Below, piece after piece: positions 16,003 to 22,961 of a stretch of 32,000 nucleotides of DNA. The notes under the pieces are model-generated. The model was given only the letters and a program-made list of their open reading frames with translations. It was not told where the DNA came from and made no database searches. Every line of letters starts with the position of its first letter. The first letter of the stretch is position 1. Source of the stretch: Aliivibrio fischeri (GTDB lineage Bacteria; Pseudomonadota; Gammaproteobacteria; Enterobacterales; Vibrionaceae); assembly GCF_009727955.1 (NCBI RefSeq), contig NZ_WOBR01000003.1, positions 86,069 through 118,068 on the forward strand, given 5' to 3'. The translations under genes and the position numbers were made by a program.

Positions 16003-17735
16003 GCTACAGACTCCAATTCATTCATTGTAAATTGTTTATTTTCAATAGCTTGACGCATTAACATCACAACTTGTTGTTTTGCCGAGTTTTGCTCATCATA
16101 TGATGCATCTTTACAACGAGTCATTTCAGCTTTGATCATTTCAATCATACGTTCAGGGAACCCTGAAAGAATGACTGCGACTTGTTCATCGTCTAAATTA
16201 GTCAACGCTAATGCTAAAATTTCAGGATTCATACTGCGTAATATATTGCTTAAAATGACCGTTGACGTTCTAAGCACGTCATCAAAAATGTAGTACACCT
16301 TACGTAGATTTAAGTACGCTTCTGGTGAAGACACTTTTAGCTGATCTAACAAATCGTTTTGCTGACGTAAATTCATTCCATCAAGTAACGACATCAACAT
16401 TTGATTACCATCGGTTCTTACAGTTTCAAAATCAGGTACCGACTGAGCTTTAGCAGCAAGTGATGAGGCAATCTCACCAAATGTCGCCATTGGCATGGAA
16501 TCAAACTGAACTATCTCTATTGCTATTAATGCTTGCTCTTCAGCCGTAAACGTTGATAAGAACTTAGCTGAGCTTTCTGATGGTAATTGGCTTAAGACTA
16601 ATGCTTTAATGCGCAATGGCTCATCATCTAATACCCAACGAATTTGATTAATACTCAACTTATCTAAAAACGAAAATGGTCGACTGCGATGTTCAAATTG
16701 CTCAGAAGAAACCGCATCAACTAATAAATAATGTAAATCCGTTAGATCTCTCACCAAGCGGTCATAATCAGCAGGGTTCGTTTCTAAATACTTCAAATAC
16801 GCTGGAATATGTTCATTTAACGCAGGAAACATTGAAGTAAATAACGAACGTCCTAGTTCCTGATAACAAGAAGCGAACATAGGGATATTTTGTTCATTCA
16901 AACTTAAACGACGAAGTACCGCATCTACTTTTTGAGGTTCACTCAAACTGTACTTAACCAATTGTTGTCGACACGCTTTCAGTTCGCCTTTTTTCGTATC
17001 TAACAATTGCTCAGGCGTTGGAGGTAATGAACTCACTTCATTAACACCCACTTCTTTTGTAGGTACTTTACGATTACGTGCAAGTAAGTAACCAATAACT
17101 AATAGTAATAATAGAACCAACACCCACCAATATTGTGCGATAAATGATCCCGTTACTTCTGATACAGGAACCATATCCATCCGAATAATCTCAAGACGAT
17201 CCCCTCTCATTGGGTTGTATTCCAACTTCTCAAGTAACAGATTTCGAATAAGCAACTCTGTATCTTTATCCACACTATTATCTAATAATAATGTAGTTGA
17301 TAAAGAACGGATCATTTTCTCCGTTTTAGGTGCTTGTTCATTACCTAACACACCTTCTTGCTGCTCTACTTCCTCACTTGGCGTCGACACTTTTGCAGCA
17401 GTATTCTGATTAAAAGCAGACATACCCGCTAAGCCAGGAAGTTCTGGAGCATCATCAATAATAGCGGTTTTTACTTCTGGTTGTTGTTTAACAACTGTCG
17501 GTTTAGATGTTAAAGCATCAACCTCCTCACGAATAAACTCAGCTTGAATAGAAAGCACATGTATATTCTTACCCGCGATTCGTTCAATGTCGCTGTTAAG
17601 TCGTTGCTCTAACTCCGCAGTAAAAGACATTTGGTCCAACTGCAACGACGTTTGTGCGAATACAATTGAGGTAATAAATAAAAAGCTAATGCATACAAAA
17701 CGAATACACGATTTCATTCTTATTTTTCCAACCAT
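15999..17735 (-). CDS. Bitopic inner-membrane protein: FliF/YscJ-like periplasmic segment, one TM helix, then a full-length FliG-like cytoplasmic domain (578 aa)
   Basis: N-terminal signal or anchor (MKSCIRFVCISFLFITSIVFAQ). The periplasmic part, about aa 28-197, ends in IRSLSTTLLLDNSVDKDTELLIRNLLLEKLEYNPMRGDRLEIIRMDM, which resembles the FliF/YscJ segment preceding the last TM helix. The TM helix is YWWVLVLLLLLVIGYLLA. The roughly 359-aa cytoplasmic part has FliG-like blocks: WVLDDEPLRIKALVLSQLPSESSAKFLSTFTAEEQALIAIEI, KVYYIFDDVLRTSTVILSNILRSMNPEILALAL and FPERMIEMIKAEM. An alternative start is the ATG at 17717. Confidence 0.6.
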   Translation of the reverse strand: MVGKIRMKSCIRFVCISFLFITSIVFAQTSLQLDQMSFTAELEQRLNSDIERIAGKNIHVLSIQAEFIREEVDALTSKPTVVKQQPEVKTAIIDDAPELPGLAGMSAFNQNTAAKVSTPSEEVEQQEGVLGNEQAPKTEKMIRSLSTTLLLDNSVDKDTELLIRNLLLEKLEYNPMRGDRLEIIRMDMVPVSEVTGSFIAQYWWVLVLLLLLVIGYLLARNRKVPTKEVGVNEVSSLPPTPEQLLDTKKGELKACRQQLVKYSLSEPQKVDAVLRRLSLNEQNIPMFASCYQELGRSLFTSMFPALNEHIPAYLKYLETNPADYDRLVRDLTDLHYLLVDAVSSEQFEHRSRPFSFLDKLSINQIRWVLDDEPLRIKALVLSQLPSESSAKFLSTFTAEEQALIAIEIVQFDSMPMATFGEIASSLAAKAQSVPDFETVRTDGNQMLMSLLDGMNLRQQNDLLDQLKVSSPEAYLNLRKVYYIFDDVLRTSTVILSNILRSMNPEILALALTNLDDEQVAVILSGFPERMIEMIKAEMTRCKDASYDEQNSAKQQVVMLMRQAIENKQFTMNELESVA

Positions 17736-18262
17736 TTAATAATGTCAGAGACTTCTGTAAGTGATGGATCAAGTTCTAATGCTTTTTTCCATGACACTAT
17801 CGCCAATTCAACTTGATTCAACTTGTAGTGAACACTGCCTTTCATTGACAGAACTTTTGCAGGGTTTTCTGTTAGCACTTCGGCTTCATTTAATAAAGCA
17901 AGGGCTCCCACAAAATCACCATTAGCCGCTTTCTCTTTTGCTTCTACACGTAAAGCTAATGATTTAGGCTCATTAAATGCCGAAACTTGAGCTTCTTCTG
18001 AATCATTTAATTCAGGTAACAAAGCATCAATGTCTTCCTCAGGAATAAGATCAGTATCAATAGTCAAAATCAAATTTGGATCAGACAAGTCAATTTGAAA
18101 CGCCGAACGATATTGCTCTCCATTCAATCGGATAGATAATTGATTCTTTTCAAAAGGAATATTCTCTACTGTTTGCTGAGATGTAATATCATTAGCCAAT
18201 GCGATTGAAGTCATCATGCATTGAGTAGTAATGGCTGAAACAAATAAGATACGCTTTTTCAT
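17720..18262 (-). CDS. Small periplasmic protein with a C-terminal TPR/SEL1-like repeat region (180 aa)
   Basis: Signal peptide MKKRILFVSAITTQCMMTSIALA. The C-terminal repeats are AANGDFVGALALLNEAEVLTENPAKVLSMKGSVHYKLNQVELAIVSWKKALELDPS. It is packed tightly between the neighbouring genes. Confidence 0.7.
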   Translation of the reverse strand: MKKRILFVSAITTQCMMTSIALANDITSQQTVENIPFEKNQLSIRLNGEQYRSAFQIDLSDPNLILTIDTDLIPEEDIDALLPELNDSEEAQVSAFNEPKSLALRVEAKEKAANGDFVGALALLNEAEVLTENPAKVLSMKGSVHYKLNQVELAIVSWKKALELDPSLTEVSDIIKWLEK

Positions 18263-18271
18263 AACAGCCCC

Positions 18272-19324
18272 TTAGAAACGAAAACCAATAGTAAAATCAA
18301 CAGCTGCACCGCCAAACTTGCCAGTCACAACATCACCTTGGTGCTTACTCTTGTAAGAGTTCTTTTCAATATAAGCAACACCGATATCAAAAAAACCATT
18401 CTTCATATAGGCAAATTCAACACCTGAACGCATAGCGAAACTGTTCTTGCCTTCAACGAATTGAGAACCAGCACTGATATATACACTAGGAGCTGGCCAA
18501 GAAGGAGTTAAGGTGTATAAAACACGCCCTTCAATACCACCACCTTCAACATTGAATAAGTTATTTCTATCAGAATTTTGGAAGTAATTTGCAATAACAG
18601 CAAAATGCAAACGTTCACTAGGTAAATGACGAGTGTAATAACGAAGACTAAAATCAGTTACATTATTAAAAGCATCATGGCTTTCTCCATTAACTTTAGC
18701 ATCACCACTTAAGTCAATATAACTCATCGCAAATCCAAATTGATGTGGGTTTAATTCCTTCTTAATTTCTTCTTCCTTTTTAGTCATTAAATAACCATCA
18801 GCCCAAATCGTTTCGTTATTTTCGACCTGAACTAAAGAAAGGGTAATATTTTGAGAAGAATCACTTAGACCCATTCGCCACATTAAAAATGCATCAGATT
18901 GAATTTCTTTACCTAATAAACGCAACTCTTTATTACTTTCAAGTCCACGTTGATATTTAATGGATGTTTTTGTTAAATGAAGTCGAGTCTTATTACACTC
19001 AAGACAATCACGAACCAATAAACCTGATTCTTGCATCTTCGTGGTTAATAACGCATTGATATCATCAACTTGACTTTGAGTTACGTTATTATCAATCTTT
19101 CCTTGAAAGTAGATAGTTACAGAATTAATGTTTTTCTTCTCTGCAATATCTTTAATTGCAAACCAAGATTCATCACGTTCCAAAAAATCATAAATAGAAG
19201 AAGTTGATAATGAAAGTTCTGATGATGTCTTTATATTAGAAGACGCCACGGCCATATTACAAAAAATAACACCGCACAAAGTAATTAACAATTTTCTAAA
19301 CAAAATTTTACCTAAAATATACAC
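18272..19324 (-). CDS. Outer-membrane protein: N-terminal periplasmic alpha/beta domain plus C-terminal beta-barrel (350 aa)
   Basis: Signal peptide (LLITLCGVIFCNMAVASS). The C-terminal half has alternating beta-strand patterns and ends in a typical OMP terminus, ...AAVDFTIGFRF. The N-terminal domain has a TolB-N/CsgG/LpoB/FlgO-like pattern (NSVTIYFQGKIDNN...LLGKEIQSDAFLMWRMGL...ITLSLVQVENNETIWADGY). The track start is a GTG, so the start codon is uncertain. Confidence 0.65.
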   Translation of the reverse strand: MYILGKILFRKLLITLCGVIFCNMAVASSNIKTSSELSLSTSSIYDFLERDESWFAIKDIAEKKNINSVTIYFQGKIDNNVTQSQVDDINALLTTKMQESGLLVRDCLECNKTRLHLTKTSIKYQRGLESNKELRLLGKEIQSDAFLMWRMGLSDSSQNITLSLVQVENNETIWADGYLMTKKEEEIKKELNPHQFGFAMSYIDLSGDAKVNGESHDAFNNVTDFSLRYYTRHLPSERLHFAVIANYFQNSDRNNLFNVEGGGIEGRVLYTLTPSWPAPSVYISAGSQFVEGKNSFAMRSGVEFAYMKNGFFDIGVAYIEKNSYKSKHQGDVVTGKFGGAAVDFTIGFRF

Positions 19325-19343
19325 TAGCCAAATAATCCGGCGC

Positions 19344-19371
19344 AGTATACATTAAGTTTTAAATGCAACAA
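19344..19371 (-). promoter_or_regulatory. Candidate sigma70-type promoter of the five-gene operon
   Basis: On the minus strand: TTGTTG (19371-19366), a 16-nt spacer, then TATACT (19349-19344). It lies about 20 nt upstream of the annotated start. Identified by eye only. Confidence 0.25.
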
Positions 19372-19474
19372 CTAGCATAATCATCATGAAAACCCTCTTA
19401 CGAAAACAATAACAAAATAATATTAGATATCCGTGAAATATATTTATTTAATATATATTATTGATGGATATTAC

Positions 19475-19516
19475 AAAAAAAGGCCAATTCTGATTTTACA
19501 AAATTGACCTTTTTTA
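19475..19516 (-). terminator. Rho-independent terminator after the CpxA-like kinase gene
   Basis: On the minus strand: GGTCAATT, a 12-nt loop, AATTGGCC (one mismatch), then a run of seven T residues. It separates the two-component operon from the motor-like operon downstream. Confidence 0.5.
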
Positions 19517-19538
19517 TTAATGCTAGAGTCTGTATTTT

Positions 19539-20927
19539 TTAAACAGGAAACAACAACGATACTCTTAAACCGCCTTGTTTACGGTTTTCTGCAACAACTT
19601 GGCCTTTCATTACGGACATCGATTCTTTGACAATGGCTAAACCAAGTCCATACCCACCAGATTGCTTATCTCTGGCGGACTCTAGACGTGTGAATGGTGA
19701 GAATATATTTAAAAGCTGATCTTCTGGTATGCCCGGTCCATTATCTTCAACAATAATTGCAACGTGATTTTTCTCATTGCTCCGATATTCTGTGATAACA
19801 ACTTGAATAAGCGCATTATCGCCAGCGTACTTAATCGCATTTGTGATTAAGTTTTTAACCACTCGAGTTACTAAGCGAGGTTCAGCATGAACAACTGGAG
19901 CTTCTTTAGAGCAGATAAAATCCAAACATTGTGTCGGTCCTAAATCCATGCGGCTTTGAATCACTTGTGCGGAGATACAACTTTCAAGTAATACAAGTTC
20001 TAGCTTGGTGTTATAGCGAGAATTCTCTAATCGACTAAATTCTAAGATTTCTCCAACTAAATCATTCATCTCATTAGATTCATTTTCCAAACGGTTAACT
20101 AAGTGAATATAATCAGGATCAACCTTCTTTTTTAATAAATGAAGCGCAAGATTATGCCGAGCTAATGGGGTTCTTAACTCATGCGAAACATCACGAATAA
20201 GTCGCTGTTGCTTTTCTGCTAGCGAGTGAATTTCATGCGTCATGTTATCAAAATCATGAGCTAATTCACTGAACTCTCGAACCGAATTTCCAATTTCGTC
20301 ACTCACCTTTACGTCAAAATCACCTTGAGCAAGCTTATGACTAACCTCTCTCAACTTATCTAAAGGTCGCTGTAAATATCGTGCAATAACCCAAGAGAAT
20401 AACCCTAATATCAATACAGAAATAACTAGCTTAATAATCCCAAAATAAAGAGGAAAATTATTAGCAGGGTGATATTGATACGGCATTTGAATCACAATAG
20501 TTAATCCGTTTTCTAATGGAATACCAATAATGGGTTGATTAACTTCATTATCCAATTGCGTATTTAAAGGGCGTAAAAATTTCAGTTTAAACTCAAAATG
20601 AGGATGCATATCGCGGTGTGTAATTGGGCGGTTATTTTGGTCCAAAACAAATAAATAGTACTCTTGTGCACTCGCCCAATCCGCTAACTCATCCATATCC
20701 CCTTCTTCGATCAAGATATTTGCCTGCTCGGCCAAATCCAACATCTTAGTCTGAATAGAGCTAGGAATACGGAGCATAGATTTCATCAACGCAATTTCGG
20801 CCAAGCTCTGCAAAGAGATAATTAAAAATAAACTCACAGCAAAAGCACTAAATAGACGAAATGCTAGGCCATTTTTATATTTGCAAATAAAAGAGGGACA
20901 CGACTCAAACCATCGAAGCAACGTCAT
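19539..20927 (-). CDS. cpxA: Sensor histidine kinase, CpxA-like (462 aa)
   Basis: Two TM segments flank a periplasmic domain, followed by a HAMP domain. The H-box QQRLIRDVSHELRTPLARHNLALHLLKK parallels CpxA QQRLLSDISHELRTPLTRLQL. ATPase motifs are NLITNAIKY, DNGPGI and GGYGLGLAIV. A GGCGGA Shine-Dalgarno sequence precedes the ATG. Confidence 0.7.
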   Translation of the reverse strand: MTLLRWFESCPSFICKYKNGLAFRLFSAFAVSLFLIISLQSLAEIALMKSMLRIPSSIQTKMLDLAEQANILIEEGDMDELADWASAQEYYLFVLDQNNRPITHRDMHPHFEFKLKFLRPLNTQLDNEVNQPIIGIPLENGLTIVIQMPYQYHPANNFPLYFGIIKLVISVLILGLFSWVIARYLQRPLDKLREVSHKLAQGDFDVKVSDEIGNSVREFSELAHDFDNMTHEIHSLAEKQQRLIRDVSHELRTPLARHNLALHLLKKKVDPDYIHLVNRLENESNEMNDLVGEILEFSRLENSRYNTKLELVLLESCISAQVIQSRMDLGPTQCLDFICSKEAPVVHAEPRLVTRVVKNLITNAIKYAGDNALIQVVITEYRSNEKNHVAIIVEDNGPGIPEDQLLNIFSPFTRLESARDKQSGGYGLGLAIVKESMSVMKGQVVAENRKQGGLRVSLLFPV

Positions 20928-20932
20928 TCCGC

Positions 20933-21598
20933 CTATCCATTAACCACTTTGATAAAGCTATAACCACGTCCGCGAACCGTTTTAATATGCTGTTTCGATA
21001 AGCCTGATTGCAATAGTTTGCGGCGAATATTGCTGATATGCATATCCAAATTACGATCAAATGGACATAACTCTTTTTTCAAAATATTGGTTTGTAAATC
21101 GGCTTTAGATACGACAACGTCCGTATTTTTAATTAAATATTGCAGTAACTCTGATTCCGTTTCAGTTAAAGGTAAACGTAAGAATTGTTCCGCTAAATCT
21201 TCTGTTGCACCTACATAGCTTTGACGCTGACGTTCAAGTCCTACACGACGTAAAATCGCAGTGATCCTTGCAAGCAACTCTGGCACATTAAAAGGTTTTG
21301 CAATGAAATGATCTGCACCCGCTTGTAATCCATCAAGCATAGACGCTTCATCGCCTAAAGCCGTAAGCATAAGGATAGGGGTAGCAAAACGCTGACATAT
21401 ACGGCGAGCCACTTGGTAACCATCTAGCTTTGGTAACATTACATCAAGCAAAACGAGATCTATGGAGTGCGTTTGAATAAATTCCAGAGCACTTTCGCCA
21501 CAATGTACGCAATCGACATCATAGCCTTCATCTTGTAATACTTCTTGCAACAAATTGCATAACTCAATGTCGTCATCAACAACTAAAATACGGGACAC
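20933..21598 (-). CDS. cpxR: OmpR-family response regulator, CpxR-like (221 aa)
   Basis: Receiver motifs ILVVDDD, LVLLDVMLPKLDG and AKPF. The winged-helix block PFDRNLDMHISNIRRKL...VRGRGYSF closely matches CpxR PFDRAIDMHISNLRRKL...LRGRGY. Apparent GTG start. Confidence 0.7.
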   Translation of the reverse strand: MSRILVVDDDIELCNLLQEVLQDEGYDVDCVHCGESALEFIQTHSIDLVLLDVMLPKLDGYQVARRICQRFATPILMLTALGDEASMLDGLQAGADHFIAKPFNVPELLARITAILRRVGLERQRQSYVGATEDLAEQFLRLPLTETESELLQYLIKNTDVVVSKADLQTNILKKELCPFDRNLDMHISNIRRKLLQSGLSKQHIKTVRGRGYSFIKVVNG

Positions 21599-21697
21599 GT
21601 TTATTTACCATTTAAATGAAAATCGTTCGCATTCTAGTCGTCAGCAATTAAGAGTGCAATAGCGAATTGAATTAAGCGACGGAACACAAAAATAAAG

Positions 21698-21713
21698 ATG
21701 ACAAAAATGTCAT
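21698..21713. promoter_or_regulatory. Perfect 6-4-6 palindrome resembling a CusR/CopR-family box
   Basis: ATGACA-AAAA-TGTCAT, in the context aaagATGACAAAAATGTCATtc. The E. coli CusR box, recalled from memory, is AAAATGACAAnnTTGTCATTTT. The half-sites and spacing are the same. It lies 80-95 nt upstream of the ATG at 21793. Confidence 0.45.
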
Positions 21714-21792
21714 TCAATAGACCCTTTGTTGTCACCATCACTCGATTATGATGAACCTACTTAAACAAGAAAAGCTCATTAAGGAGTCTATT

Positions 21793-22173
21793 ATGAAATC
21801 ATTCAAATCACTTGCTTTAACTACTCTAATTATTGTTGCAAGCTCAAGCGCAATGGCAAATCCAGTAATCACAAGCGGTAATTACATTAGCAAAAGTAAC
21901 AGTACTGTAATTCATACTGATAACCTATCAACAAAACAAGCGGCTTATAATCAAGCATTAACAAAATTGAATCAATTAGATAAAAGTACGCCAAAAGAAC
22001 TGAAAAAAGCCCTAAAAGTCGCATCATTTGAATCAACAACAACGCAAAGCATTAGCTTAGATGATAATAGCTATATTACCGTTCAAGAAACAATGAACAT
22101 GCAAGGGCAAATACAATACACGGGATTAATTCATGCGAGTTATCATTATTTAGAACGTAACTCAAATGACTAA
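21793..22173 (+). CDS. Small secreted protein of unknown function (126 aa from the ATG at 21793)
   Basis: AAGGAG lies 6 nt upstream of the ATG at 21793; the track started at 21748. Signal peptide MKSFKSLALTTLIIVASSSAMA. There is no obvious terminator before the downstream response-regulator gene. Confidence 0.65.
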   Translation: MKSFKSLALTTLIIVASSSAMANPVITSGNYISKSNSTVIHTDNLSTKQAAYNQALTKLNQLDKSTPKELKKALKVASFESTTTQSISLDDNSYITVQETMNMQGQIQYTGLIHASYHYLERNSND

Positions 22174-22277
22174 TTTTTTATGTTATTTTATTTAAATCAA
22201 CGTGTCATCTAAGAACGATACGTCTATATTGTATTGATAACCATTGATTATTCTCCACGCATTAAAGAAGTAAGAAT

Positions 22278-22961
22278 ATGAAACTACTTATTATTGAAGA
22301 TGAAACTAAAACAGGAGAATACCTAAAAAAGGGGTTAACAGAATCAGGCTATACTGTTGACCTATCACAAGATGGTGCTGACGGTCTATATAATGCGACC
22401 ACCAATCAATACGACTTAATCATCTTAGATGTCATGTTACCTAAGCTAAATGGTTGGCAAATTCTACAAACACTACGAAATTGTGAAAATAATACGCCAA
22501 TCATTATGCTAACTGCCAAAGATCAAATTGACGATAGAGTAAAAGGGTTTGAGTTAGGAGCAAATGATTACCTTATTAAACCCTTTGCTTTTGCTGAACT
22601 AAAAGCCCGCATTGAAAATGCCCTTCGCGCAAAATCCGTAACATCACAAGCTTCATTATCAAATCAATTGGTCTTACTTGATTTACAACTGGATCTATTA
22701 AAACGAACCGCAACAAGAAACCAAGACAACATTACCCTTACAGCGAAAGAGTTTTCATTACTCGAACTGTTTATGCGTAAACAAGGGGAAGTATTATCAA
22801 GAACAACAATCGCTTCCCTGATTTGGGACATGAATTTTGATAGTGATACCAATGTCATTGATGTCGCGGTGAAACGACTTAGAGCTAAAATAGATAAGCC
22901 CTACGACACGCCACTAATTCATACTGTTCGCGGTATGGGCTATAAAATGGATGAATGCTAA
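22278..22961 (+). CDS. cusR: Heavy-metal-type OmpR-family response regulator (CusR/CopR/HprR family, 227 aa)
   Basis: The N-terminus MKLLIIEDETKTGEYLKKGLTESGYTVDLSQDG...YDLIILDVMLPKLNGWQIL closely parallels CusR [29 protein letters not shown]...YDLIILDIMLPDVNGWDIV. The C-terminus has LTAKEFSLLELFMRKQGEVLSR...VRGMGY. Confidence 0.8.
   Translation: MKLLIIEDETKTGEYLKKGLTESGYTVDLSQDGADGLYNATTNQYDLIILDVMLPKLNGWQILQTLRNCENNTPIIMLTAKDQIDDRVKGFELGANDYLIKPFAFAELKARIENALRAKSVTSQASLSNQLVLLDLQLDLLKRTATRNQDNITLTAKEFSLLELFMRKQGEVLSRTTIASLIWDMNFDSDTNVIDVAVKRLRAKIDKPYDTPLIHTVRGMGYKMDEC

Noticed and set aside
17215-17409. 64-aa plus-strand ORF inside the FliF/FliG-like gene, and similar antisense ORFs at 21018-21218, 22664-22858, 23082-23288, 25846-26079, 26465-27173, 27322-27753, 28806-28997, 29653-29850 and 30345-30798
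   Set aside because: All are antisense or out-of-frame shadows of longer, motif-supported genes. Those inside the MCP genes are duplicated simply because the MCP DNA is duplicated.
21793-22173. The divergent small secreted protein considered as CpxP
   Set aside because: CpxP has two LTXXQ motifs and a helical Spy-like sequence. This protein has only one loosely similar LSTKQ and otherwise looks different. A CusR-type box, rather than a CpxR-type GTAAA-N5-GTAAA box, lies upstream.
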